64,000 nt of DNA from Amphiscolops sp. MND2022 (lineage: Eukaryota). Under the pieces are notes generated by a model. That model saw only the letters and a list, made by a program, of their open reading frames with translations. It searched no databases and was not told where the DNA came from. The stretch is from the NCBI GenBank assembly GCA_964187785.1, contig OZ076411.1, forward strand, positions 75,950,001 to 76,014,000, written 5' to 3'. Shown here piece by piece: positions 10,190 through 22,282 of the stretch (positions are counted from its first letter, which is position 1; each line of letters begins with the position of its first letter). Position numbers and translations under genes: made by a program.

Positions 10190-12121
10190 TCAGTTTTTCG
10201 TGTTTTTCATTACATTTGAAAGCTTTTTAGTAACCTTATCAAGTACCTTCTCACGATCAGCATTACTGGGCTTCATCAGCTTGCATAGGTCTCTGAGTTG
10301 GCCCCGGCCTGTGTAGAACGGAGCTGCAACATACTTTGGTAAACAGTTCCTCGAGAAATGGTTGCAAAGGATCTGCAGGTCCTTTGAATTTCATCAATTT
10401 TCCACCTATACCGTTTCAATTTGTCGCATCGTTTCCTCTAGTTTTCAATGGTCTTTCTGTTTCCCATTTGACCTTTACCCCTGGATCGGACTTATAATCT
10501 TCATCTTCTTGGTCACTAGGGACTGGGCTTGGAACATCATCTTCACAAATGTCATCATCGTCAACCAATAAGGAGTTGTTGTTGGCGTCTTCATTGTCAG
10601 GTGTCGGAGCGCCTCCGACGACGTTTTCTTCCTGTGTATCACCAACGTTTCCCGTGTCCATAGTTTCTTCTTCACTTTCGTGTTGCTCAGGACTGTCCTG
10701 TTGCTCAACTGGTGGTGGAGGCGGGGGATCGTCTCCGGCCACGGAGCAGCTTTCGGGGTCATCAATTGCTCTTCTAAGAAGCTTTCAATTTCATTATCGG
10801 TCGCCGGTTCCTTCTTGTTGGTGTTGGACGGAAAAGCGAGCTTAGTCGTCAGACCATTGTTTTCCTCCTGGAAGTATTGATGAAGGTCATCTACCCATTT
10901 TCTATTTTCTTTTGTTATCCGTATGGAATTGGGAAACTTCACCCCAGTTTTGTGCTCGAATGAAGTCATAACCTTCTTCTCTTGCATGACTTTATAGTCC
11001 TCAAAGGTCAAGTTCAGCAATGCACATATTCTGCAGTTCTATTCTGAATGGATTAAAAACACCAAAAGGCATAAATATTCGAGGTAACTGAACGAGCTGT
11101 AGACGTTCTGACCCAGGATTTCTTTAACCATTTGACGAAGATGGCTAACTTGGTACAAATTTGGCACCGAATCGAACCTGGCTTGCATACGTCGATTAAC
11201 CTCTTTTGAAGCCTCCTTTGCAGTCTTTTTCAGCACGTTTCTGACCTCTCCTTTGAACAAAGCCATGTTGAATCTCAATCTTTTTTGTTTATAGGAGTTG
11301 AAAACTCGAGAAAACGATTGAATTCAAACATTAATTTCCGCATTGTTTGGAACGTGTAGTTTTTTTCCGACTTGATTCGATAAAATGTTGACTTGACTGC
11401 CTCGGGTTTCCTCAAAAAGGACGTTCCACTTAGAATTTGAGCCAAAAATTTCTTCTGGATGCGGGTCATGTTTTGATCACCGGCCTCGTTCCGGTTCCCA
11501 TTATACTCTTCGAGCAGTTTATGGAGGTTGAGAGATTTTCCTCGCCGTATACCAGGAATGTCAAAGCGGAAGTGTGAGGGGAATTCGTCCATGGATTTGG
11601 GGTTTACTTTGATAAATTCATGCTTTCTGCAACTCTTTTTGTGTTTCTTCTTACCAGTGAATCTTATGAAGCAGGCGATGCATTGGTAAAGTGTGATGTA
11701 AACACACAAATCCTTGTAGCATAAACAGAAAGCAAGAATTTTCGTTGTTGGGTTGTGAGATTATGGCTCTTGGAGAAATGCAGTCTCAGATTCGCCACGT
11801 TTGTAAGGCAAAGTACACACTGTTTTACCCGTGGTTGTTTGGGCCATTTGTCTTGCAATTGGTTTCGCTGCCTCGGCGCGTCGTTGTTTGTGGCTCATTT
11901 GAATCACTTGGTTTCCTTGGTTCAGAAACTATCTCATTGGGCAACTGAGCTTGCGTAGGCATATCAGAATCATCCAAAATTCGGCTTGAACATGCGTTGA
12001 CGGACTCCATGATATCCATACAAGTTTTGTTCACAAGAGCGTTTGTACTCGGAGAATACGCCAACCCGGCAATTTCTGTGAGGTTGGAAATACAATCGAA
12101 AGACGTATCAGCTTGTGACAT
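10190..12121 (-). pseudogene. Zinc-finger/YR pseudogene A1
   Basis: SNLTEIAGLAYSP; CVLCLTNVANLRLHFSKSH; HSE*NCRI; FEHKTG; 198-nt in-frame deletion relative to A3. Confidence 0.85.
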
Positions 12122-12310
12122 GGTGTCTGAAAATACAAGGTTTTGAAATTTCACATGAACTTAGATAAAAGGTGCAAATAGTTGACAGCGCGTCTCTGGC
12201 GTGTTTACTTTCAAATCACACTCACTTTGACAAATATTATATGACCGCTTATTGTGCGAGAGTGCGTACAAATTACCTGCAGCGATGAGAAAACGAAGCT
12301 TGAGCGATTC

Positions 12311-12410
12311 TGATTGGTTCTTACGATAATAAAGAGAATTCAGGTCACGTGATATTACGTCAGCAAGCATACTATTATCTTCCCTACTGTTGAAACGTCT
12401 CTATATTCAC
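12311..12410 (-). promoter_or_regulatory. Putative promoter block of subfamily A (CCAAT box, CACGTG E-box, CRE-like site)
   Basis: TGATTGG 12311, CACGTG 12346, TTACGTCA 12355; a similar block lies upstream of gene C. Confidence 0.35.
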
Positions 12411-12631
12411 TCAAAGCAGTTGAAGCGAGTCTATATTCTGAAAACGATTTTTTGAAGCGTGAATGAATCGAACTAAAAACTAGGCCGAAAAGTTTTAGAT
12501 TGCTTCGCGATTCAATAACGAATATCGAAAAAGTTGTACCATTTGAAAAAAAGAAAAAAATTCTGAAATACTTTCCATCCGACGACTAAAATTGCCAGAG
12601 AGACTTTCTGACCCCCCTTTGGAGTTTCCTG

Positions 12632-12864
12632 NNNNNNNNNNNNNNNNNNNNNNNNNNNNNNNNNNNNNNNNNNNNNNNNNNNNNNNNNNNNNNNNNNNNN
12701 NNNNNNNNNNNNNNNNNNNNNNNNNNNNNNNNNNNNNNNNNNNNNNNNNNNNNNNNNNNNNNNNNNNNNNNNNNNNNNNNNNNNNNNNNNNNNNNNNNNN
12801 NNNNNNNNNNNNNNNNNNNNNNNNNNNNNNNNNNNNNNNNNNNNNNNNNNNNNNNNNNNNNNNN
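12632..12864. other. Assembly gap (N run)
   Basis: 233 Ns. Confidence 1.
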
Positions 12865-13053
12865 TTTGACTCTTTTTAGTGTCAATACTATACGTTGTGA
12901 CCCCTCAGTCGGATTATATCAGAGACGCTCCAGCAAAATCAGGGAAGAAATTACAGAGAATGAATCTCGTTTGTTTTCAATGTTTCTACGGACGTGCTTC
13001 GCTGAACTTTCTTCGGATTATAGTAGACCCTTTCACGCTATGGGACAATAGAG
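12865..13053 (+). mobile_element. Truncated YR-element arm resembling the unit C left end, fused to BEL sequence
   Basis: Similar to 28851-29091 and nearly identical to 21310-21498; ends at CAATAGAG. Confidence 0.75.
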
Positions 13054-15620
13054 TTGATAAAGAAGTGTTTCGAGGCGACGTTTTGCTTGCTGAAAAGAGT
13101 CACCAAGGGGTATGGCGTCTTCTATAAAAGGGAGTTTGACAATGAATAGTCCATCTTCATTTCGTGTTGTGGTTTGTTGGAAGTGTTGTTCGCAAGCTTG
13201 TTCTTCTTTGGTGACGTGATGCCTTTGAGGAAGGTCTTCAATCTCCCAAAATTTTTTGAGGGTTTCTTCTTCGGGATTGGACTCAATGAGCTGAGGCAGG
13301 TTGTAAAAATTTGAATTGACACTGAAGGTGAACCTCCAATGACAACCTAACCAAACACCGAATCACGGTATGTTACAATGTTGTTTTCTTTGATCGGTGC
13401 ATCCTACATGATGGTTTCATTAAGTTCAGCTACGATGAGCATGTCGATTCCAGAAGGTGTGTTGAATGTCGGATGGGCGAGCTTGAGTTTTGGAAGATGC
13501 TTGAAAGACGATGTCGAATTGTATGCAAGATGTTGGTGAGCTTTGACATTACAAAAGCTCTCACTGGAATAGCTGCTGCTCTTTCTGGGGTGATTAAAAA
13601 GTCTGTGGTTCCTCGATGTTGTAGCTCATCCTTGGCGCCCAGACCAAAGATGCGCACTTGTTGTTTTTTTCACTGGGAGACCCAGTCGTGTGACTCGATT
13701 CTCAGTGATGAGCTTTATTTGGGAACCTGAGTCGAGAAGTGCTCGGCAAAGGGTCGTTTCACCATTCACTAAGATTGGTATCATGGCTGTTTGCAGGAGG
13801 ACTGTTTGATGAGAGCGAGGTAGCGGAGAACTGTTCTGGTGGTGGTCATGCTGTATTAGTAGTGTTTTCCGATTCACTGTGTATCGAATGTTATCTGCGA
13901 CTGTACTGTTGAAAGAACGTGTTTGTCGTAGTGATTGCAGATGGAGTAGAGTATAATGCTTCAGTTTGCAAGTTTGACAGGTTGTTCCCTTGCATTCTTG
14001 TTGTCGGTGACCTGCTCGTAAGCAATTGAAGCAAAGTTGTTTGAGTTTGACGAAATCAGCTCGATTCGGTACTGAAAGTTGCTTGAACTTTGGGCAGAGA
14101 TGTATTTTGTGAGTGCCATTGCAACACACGCAGTTGGTTTCGTTCGCTGTCGTGTTAGTGTTGTAGCTCCGTTGTGAAGAGTGTGATTGGTGGTTGTTGC
14201 TGTGACGAGTTGTAAAGCGATGCTATGTTGAAATAGTTGGCGCTGAGAGTGTCGATGCTTCTAGAGCCAAGCATCGAGCTTCCTCGAATTTTTTCAAGTC
14301 GTTGTTGGTGTGAGGATCCGTTCCAGGCGTTGAGAGTTCCCAAAACTTCCTAGTGTCGGCAGGGAGTTTTTCTGTGACGAGGTATACTGGAAAAATATCT
14401 TGTTGGTGGACTGGTTGGCCCATGTTCTCCAGGGCCAATCGTTGTTCTTCCACGGTTTCTACAAGTTGACGAAGATCTTTAGCTGTTTCGTTGGTGAGAT
14501 GTTTCTGTGTAGAAATGGCATGTACTTGAGTGCGTAAAATCATGCGGTTGTTTTGGTAGCGACCTCTGAACATCTTCACGCCGACAGTGTAGTTAGCATC
14601 AGTGATTGTTACTGATGCTAGAAGCTTCGCTGCATCGCCCTTCAAAGATGCTTTGAGATACTGTAGTTTCTGACTGTTCTGCTGGGTCCCGTTGTTGTGA
14701 ACTGCTCCAGTGAACAAGTCGAAGAATGAGGTCCATGAGAGATAGTCTCCTGAAAACGTTGACAGATCCAGTTCAGGTAACTTTACTGTGGTTAAAGGTG
14801 GCGTGTTTCTCGTGGTTGTTGCAGATGTAGTTCCACGTACAGTTGGAATGTTGCTTTTGATAAATCGGTGTATCGGGTCTAATTGTTGAACTAGTTTATC
14901 GTCAAATTCTTGGAAAAGCAGAATGTCGGTTTCCTGGAATTCTTCGTTGTCGAACTTTGCTATAAAGTGTTGATTGAGGTTGTTTAGGGAGTTTTGTTTT
15001 CTGGAGAGGTTTTTGTGTAGTTGTTCCAATCGGATAACGACATCGGTGATGGTTACAGAGCGCGTTGGCAGATTAAGGGATTCTGCTTCTGTCCAGTAAT
15101 TAGTAGCAACTGGTTTGTGGGAAGCACGGCTTTTCTTTTGCATTTCAATCTCTGTCATTCTGGCCGTCTAACTGACGAGGATTGCTTTGAATATCTTTGA
15201 ATTTGTCTTTACAAACTTTGGATGCAGCGATTTTTCAAACTTTGGATACTTTTGAATTTTTAAATCTTGAAGTTATTCGTATGTAGTGGAAAGGATCCTG
15301 TATAGATTGACGTTACAGGCTTGAAACTTTGAATGTGGAGACAAGACAATTTCCCGAAAGCTTGTTTTTTGTTTTTATTGGAAGGTTGCGGGGTTTAAAT
15401 AACTTGTTTTGAAGGTAATTCGCAAGCTTATTTTGTCAGTAAAGCATCGATTTTCTGTTCAATGAAAGTTGTTTTCAAATGCCACCAAAAATGGTTTGAA
15501 TAAAGCGACTTGAATGAAGAGTGGTATTGAAAAGAGTGAACAAACTAGAAACGTGGTGGAAAAAGAAGCAATAGAAGTTTGAGTTCAGAGTTTTGAGTTT
15601 TGGAGTTTTTACTAACAACA
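13050..15620 (-). mobile_element. Duplicated BEL/Pao segment (protease, gag, 5' LTR at 15492-15620)
   Basis: Copy of 4689-7261. Confidence 0.9.
13626..15158 (-). pseudogene. gag: BEL gag-protease, second copy, frameshifted
   Basis: ORFs 14223-15158 and 13626-14129 match the 510-aa ORF. Confidence 0.9.
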
Positions 15621-18025
15621 GGGGTCTTCAGTACCGCAAAAGTTCTGAAGCCGTTTTATCATCTCAGCCCAACGTTCATATTCGCTGCGGTTTCTCGACT
15701 TCTCGGGGCACCAAGTCTGGCTAGTGACACTGTAGTCCCCATCGAGGAAGCAATGGACTCAGTATCTGACATAGGGTCCTCTCTTTCAGCCGATGTTGTA
15801 CGAGTGCCCAACGTCACTGAATCAGCAGTGGTTTCATCATATGCTGTTTCTTCTTCTTGTTCTGATTGGGAAGCTTCATCGACTTGGTTTGTGCTACTGG
15901 AAGTTGTTTTTGGGGCGCTCGTATTGGGCTCATCCGTGCATCTGCATGGGTCGACTTCTGCTCAACGGAATCTCCTGAAAATGAAGTGTACATGGCGTTT
16001 CTTCAAAATATTGCTTCATTGCTGAATCTTCCAATGGAACAACGTGATGACGGTCCGCAGTTGCTACACTGTGACCCGTGTCGGACCTAAAGGCCCGCTG
16101 CAACTCTTGGAATCTTGCTGGCATTGTCTCGGATGTGAGTGTCCCAAACTTGTCGAGTTATCTTTGGTCCAACTTTGAAATTCTGTGTTTTAATGTGCTT
16201 GCTGAGTGCGGAATTGAAATTGAACTGGGGATCGTCTTTTCCCGTCCCTGTTTATTGGGGAACAGAAGCTTGGGTTTCCTCAACCCAGTTTGCTTTGTAA
16301 ACAATTCGTGGCATTTAGAGATTAATACATTGGTCTCCTCTGTTTTCTCAAAAAAACTCTCGTAGAAGTGCCCTGTTTTGTGCTCATGGGACCGTATGGT
16401 TGCCCCAACCTCCACTTTGTCATTGTGCTCGGTTGTTGTCTTCAAGACGGTGCCCAATCTGCAATTGTTGTCAAATAGTACCAGGAAAATTGACAGAGAC
16501 GCGAGGTGCAGGTATGTGAAATTATCGGAGACGCCATGTACAAGTCTTTTTCTGATCGTTTCTGCTAGTTTCGCAAGTTACTCTATGCTGGGCTGTCCTT
16601 CGAACCTGCTCTTCTGACGGGCTTTCGACTCTTTCCGGCCGGCAACCTTGTTACGCTCCTCGTATGCTAAAATTTCTTCAAACATTGTGCTGTAGCTAAC
16701 CTTGTGTGACCAGGTTGTTTGTCGACGCATCCACTTTACGAACATTTCCAGTGTAGGCAGCAGCTTCTGCATCGAACTATGGGTATAATTGTTTGACTCT
16801 CTGTAAGTACGAAAGATTCCGCCTAGGTCCTTGAGGTTTTTTAAGTTGGTTGGTATCTTGGAATCCTTTTCTTACGAACCGTCTTCGAAAATGCCTGATT
16901 TCTGTTGCCAGAGTACTTACATAATACTCATTAAATTCTTCCAGCATTTGGGAACTTTTGACCCCGAGGGAGGTAGTTTGTGACAGCATGGTCAATTCTG
17001 GTGAGAATTCCGCAGGCGATTGCTTGTGTTGGACCGTTAGAATGATGTGTTCAAGAAATTCTTGCAGGTGCCTCCTTTTGTTAGTAAGTCGGAGAGGACA
17101 ATTACCACAATGAAACACCGTGATTCGAGCTTTCTGGGTTCAGTAAAAGGACATGAGGAATTTTCTGTGGACATCCTCTAACTCGGGATGCATTTTATCT
17201 AGGTGCTGACTGTTTTTTACCTTTGTTTGGCAAATCGTGCAAACTCGGAAATCGAATTTGCTGCCCTGGGTAACCTTCTTCTCAGGTTTTCTCCCCTTTT
17301 TCGGAGTCGTTCAAGGTTCATTGCTTGGTCCTGGGGTTGGCTCAGTTTTCCATTGGAGACTCATTTGACAGGAGAGACAGGTCCAAATTCAGTTCTGGCG
17401 GGAAACTTGTTTCATTTTGTTGCATGTTTTGGGTTTCTTGGTCTAACATTTGTTGTGTCTGTTCCCCAAGTTGATCCATTGCATCGATTGTTGAAGTGTC
17501 CAAACCTGTTGGTATTCGTTCGGAGGAACTCATTTTGACTTTTGGAGTCCTTTGTTTCGCTTTAGTAGTGGTTAATTCGAATTTTCAATGAGAATGACTA
17601 ACAACCGACTGATTCGTACACAGCGACTCTGGAAATGTTATTGACCAATGATTTAATAAGGTTAATCAATGTTTCTTTAATGAAAGGACTCAGAAATGTG
17701 AATGGACAACTAATAAGAGTCGAAGACGCATTTAAAGTGTGAAAATTCGCACTCAGCTGATTACCAAATTAGTGAAAACCTCTCCGTATCTGTGTACATA
17801 GCGTCTCCAATGTTTCAAAAATTGCGGAGTGTTTGAATTGGGGCCGAAAATTTCTGAACAAAATTTATGCTCAAATGGGCGGCAACTAAAGGCTAAAAAA
17901 GTGTCGAGTTCAAAAGTTTACTCTGTGAGCTTAAATATCAGAAAGACTAGGGGTACTCCGTTGTTTTTGACACAGAGAGACGCTTTGTACGATTTTGGAA
18001 AAATGCTAGGGTCTTTAATCGTCTT
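15621..18025 (-). mobile_element. YR element unit E2 (duplicate of E1)
   Basis: HEHKTG in ORF 16158-16457; GHSVATADRHHV in ORF 15930-16124. Confidence 0.75.
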
Positions 18026-18059
18026 GATGATGATGTTGCTGATGATCATTATGATGATG
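18026..18059 (+). repeat. Degenerate (GAT)n junction tract E2/A2
   Basis: GATGATGATGTTGCTGATGATCATTATGATGATG. Confidence 0.8.
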
Positions 18060-21000
18060 TTTATCGGAGACGCTCTGTCAAAAATTCAGACAATATTAGG
18101 CACTCTGACCCCTTTTTGTGATTATACAGATACGCTTTGGAATTATTGCCCTTCTGGAGTCTCCCAAAAGATAGAAAGGGGAATGTTGAGCACGCCTGAG
18201 TTTGGGGGAAATGTCAAGAATCCTTTGCCGGTGGGCTGGAGTCCTGATATTGCAGGAATTAAAAAATCTAGAAGTTTTATTTTGTCAAAATGAGAATATA
18301 GATGCTTTTTGATACTAACATGAGTGACAATTACGGGTATAGAGGCGTTTAATTAGAATTCAACTTTTGACCTCTTTCTTTTTTACCTTCCTATGATTAT
18401 TTTCTTCCAGTCCCACCGTATTTCTAACTAATAAAGAGTTTCCAACGATTACTTTAAAGGTCCATTGATGTGCATATAGAGACGTTTCATACTTCCAAGG
18501 AAGACTATCAGATAACCTTCAACCCACTTTGGTAAACAGAGACGTTCTGGTTATAACTCAAGTTACATATCAAGGTAACATATCATGAACTCAAATCATT
18601 CAAACAACAAGTAGTAGGGGCAAATACAATGTCACAAACTCAAATCAAATCAGTTTTTCGTGTTTTTCATTACATTTGAAAGCTTTTTAGTAGCCTTATC
18701 AAGTACCTTCTCACGATCAGCATTACTGGGCTTCATCAGCTTGCACAGGTCTCTGAGTTGGCCCCGGCCTGTGTAGAACGGAGCTGCAACATACTTTGGT
18801 AAACAGTTCCTCGAGAAATGGTTGCAAAGGATCTGCAGGTCCTTTGAATTTCATCAATTTTCCACCTATACCGTTTCAATTTGTCGCATCGTTTCCTCTA
18901 GTTTTCAATGGTCTTTCTGTTTCCCATTTGACCCTTACCCCTGGATCGGGCTTATAATCTTCATCTTCTTGGTCACTAGGGACTGGGTTTGGAACATCAT
19001 CTTCACAAATGTCATCATCGTCAACCAACAAGGAGTTGTTGTTGGCGTCTTCATTGTCAGGTGTCGGAGCGCCTCCGACGACGTTTTCTTCCTGTGTATC
19101 ACCAACGTTTCCCGTGTCCATAGTTTCTTCTTCACTTTCGTGCTGCTCAGGACTGTCCTGTTGCTCAACTGGTGGTGGAGGCGGGGGATCGTCTTCGGCC
19201 ACGGAGCTGCTTTCGGGGTCATCAATTGCTCTTCTAAGAAGCTTTCAATTTCATTATCGGTCGCCGGTTCCTTCTTGTTGGTGTTGGACGGAAAAGCGAG
19301 CTTAGTCGTCAGACCATTGTTTTCCTCCTGGAAGTATTGATGAAGGTCATCTACCCATTTTCTATTTTCTTTTGTTATCCGTATGGAATTGGGAAACTTC
19401 ACCCCAGTTTTGTGCTCGAATGAAGTCATAACCTTCTTCTCTTGCATGACTTTATAGTCCTCAAAGGTCAAGTTCAGCAATGCACCGATTCTGCAGTTCT
19501 ATTCTGAATGGATTAAAAACACCAAAAGGCATAAATATTCGAGGTAACTGAACGAGCTGTAGACGTTCTGACCCAGGATTTCTTTAACCATTTGACGAAG
19601 ATGGCTAACTTGGTACAAATTTGGCACCGAATCGAACCTAGCTTGCATACGTCGATTAACCTCTTTTGAAGCCTCCTTTGCAGTCTTTTTCAGCAGGTTT
19701 CTGACCTCTCCTTTGAACAAAGCCATGTTGAATCTCAATCTTTTTTGTTTATAGGAGTTGAAAACTCGAGAAAACGATTGAATTCAAACATTAATTTCCG
19801 CATTGTTTGGAACGTGTAGTTTTTTTCCGACTTGATTCGATAAAATGTTGACTTGACTGCCTCGGGTTTCCTCAAAAAGGACGGTCCACTTAGAATTTGA
19901 GCCAAAAATTTCTTCTGGATGCGGGTCATGTTTTGATCACCGGCCTCGTTCAGGTTCCCATTATACTCTTCGAGCAGTTTATGGAGGTTGAGAGATTTTC
20001 CTCGCCGTATACCAGGAATGTCAAAGCGGAAGTGTGAGGGGAATTCGTCCATGGATTTGGGGTTTACTTTGATAAATTCATGCTTTCTGCAACTCTTTTT
20101 GTGTTTCTTCTTACCAGTGAATCTTATGAAGCAGGCGATGCATTGGTAAACTGTGATCTAAACACACAAATCCTTGTAGCATAAAAAGAAAGCAAGAATT
20201 TTTGTTGTTGGGTTGTGAGATTATGGCTCTTGGAGAAATGCTGTCTCAGATTCGCCACGTTTGTAAGGCAAAGTACACACTGTTTTACCCGTGGTTGTTT
20301 GGGCCGTTTGTCTTGCAATTGGTTTCGCTGCCTCGGCTCGTCGTTGTTTGTGGCTCATTTGAATCACTTGGTTTCCTTGGTTCAGAAACTATCTCATTGG
20401 GCAACTGAGCTTGCGTAGGCATATCAGAATCATCCAAAATTCGGCTTGAACATGCGTTGACGGACTCCATGATATCCATACAAGTTTTGTTCACAAGAGC
20501 GTTTGTACTCGGAGAATACGCCAACCCGGCAATTTCTGTGAGGTTGGAAATACAATCGAAGGACGTATCAGCTTGTGACATGGTGTCTGAAAATACAAGG
20601 TTTTGAAATTTCACATGAACTTAGATAAAAGGTGCAAATAGTTGACAGCGCGTCTCTGCCGTGTTTACTTTCAAATCACACTCACTTTGACAATTACTAT
20701 ATGACCGCTTATTGTGCGAGAGTACGTACAAATTACCTGCAGCGATGAGAAAACGAAGCTTGAGCGTTTCTGATTGGTTCTTACGATAATAAAGAGAATT
20801 CAGTTCACGTGATATTACGTCAGCAAGCATACTATTATCTTCCCTACTGTTGAAACGTCTCTATATTCACTCAAAGCAGTTGAAGCGAGTCTATATTCTA
20901 AAAACGATTTTTTGAAGCGTGAATGAATCGAACTAAAAACTAGGCCGAAAAGTTTAAGATTGCTTCGCGATTCAATAACGAATATCGAAAAAGTTGTACC

Positions 21001-21094
21001 ATTTGAAAAAAAGAAAAAAATTCTGAAATACTTTCCATCCGACGACTAAAATTGCCAGAGAGACTTTCTGACCCCCCTTTGGAGTTTCCTGGGT
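18060..21094 (-). mobile_element. YR element unit A2 (gene 18650-20581; same catalytic deletion as A1)
   Basis: Copy of A1, but retains about 130 bp (about 18140-18270) that is absent from A1 and present in A3. Confidence 0.85.
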
Positions 21095-21309
21095 NNNNNN
21101 NNNNNNNNNNNNNNNNNNNNNNNNNNNNNNNNNNNNNNNNNNNNNNNNNNNNNNNNNNNNNNNNNNNNNNNNNNNNNNNNNNNNNNNNNNNNNNNNNNNN
21201 NNNNNNNNNNNNNNNNNNNNNNNNNNNNNNNNNNNNNNNNNNNNNNNNNNNNNNNNNNNNNNNNNNNNNNNNNNNNNNNNNNNNNNNNNNNNNNNNNNNN
21301 NNNNNNNNN
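21095..21309. other. Assembly gap (N run)
   Basis: 215 Ns. Confidence 1.
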
Positions 21310-22282
21310 TTTGACTCTTTTTAGTGTCAATACTATACGTTTTGACCCCTCAGTCGGATTATATCAGAGACGCTCCAGCAAAATCACGGAAGAAATTACA
21401 GAGAATGAATCTCGTTTGTTTTCAATGTTTCTACGGACGTGCTTCGCTGAACTTTTTTCGGATTATAGTAGACCCTTTCACGCTATGGGACAATAGAGAC
21501 GATTTGAATTGAAAACTTGTTTTTCGTCTCGAGGGGCTCGAGAACTCAACATTTTTTGTTCCATCCCTCGATTTTGCCAGTTGAAAACTTCCTTGCAAAT
21601 GACCGACCGTTATTCAAACCAGTGTGAACCCTCCAATTAGCTCTTATTAATTTTCAACGGAAACTTCGACTGCTGTTTGTACTTTGAGTAATTGCTGTGA
21701 GCGCAAGTAAGCATCTATAGGAATATAAAGAGATTCTAATGCAGATCTCCTGACTGTAGCAAGAAAGTTGAAATTAGATGTGTTTTTGAGAAAACAGATA
21801 TGTTTTTGGGTAGGATTAGATCTTTTTCGTGTTATACACACTTAAAGTTGCTAGTTTTAAGAGACAATCATTTTGACAAAGTGAGCATTTCTAGGGTTGT
21901 TTACAAAGTTTATGGTCTTTATGTTTTTTTATTTTGGCTTCCACAGAGTACTGGATAGTCTGATGTGCGTTTTGAGGCTTCAATCAGCTGCTAATTTGCC
22001 ATTTCATTTTCCTCAGTGCTCTTTTGTTGTTCTTCAATTGTCAATTGTCACTTGAAAAAGAAGTTCAGAAAAGGTCGCAGAAACTTTGTCAATATCGGAG
22101 TTACTGTTGACAGTTTCTTTCTGGAGGCTTTGCTGGGCGTTGACGCTCCTTTTGGATGCATCTATAACAAAACGTACCTTGAAAAACTTGAAAATTTGAC
22201 CTAGACGTTTTGACTCACTATCACAAACCACTTTTTAATTCTTCCAAAACACCTGTACAATATTTACAAATTTTTACTCTTG

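Larger units (their letters stand above)
9730..12631 (-). mobile_element. YR element unit A1 (catalytic segment deleted; right end in N gap)
   Basis: Starts TTTATCGGAGACGCTC after the GAT tract; collinear with the complete unit A3. Confidence 0.85.
4689..21498. repeat. About 8.4-kb tandem segmental duplication (4689-13053 and 13050-21498)
   Basis: Paired ORFs at offsets of about 8340-8460 (7241/15600, 8438/16777, 10362/18822, 12586/21046). The copies differ by SNPs and indels. Confidence 0.88.

Noticed and set aside
12586-12885. ORFs spanning N runs (also 21046-21330)
   Set aside because: Artefacts of the assembly gaps.
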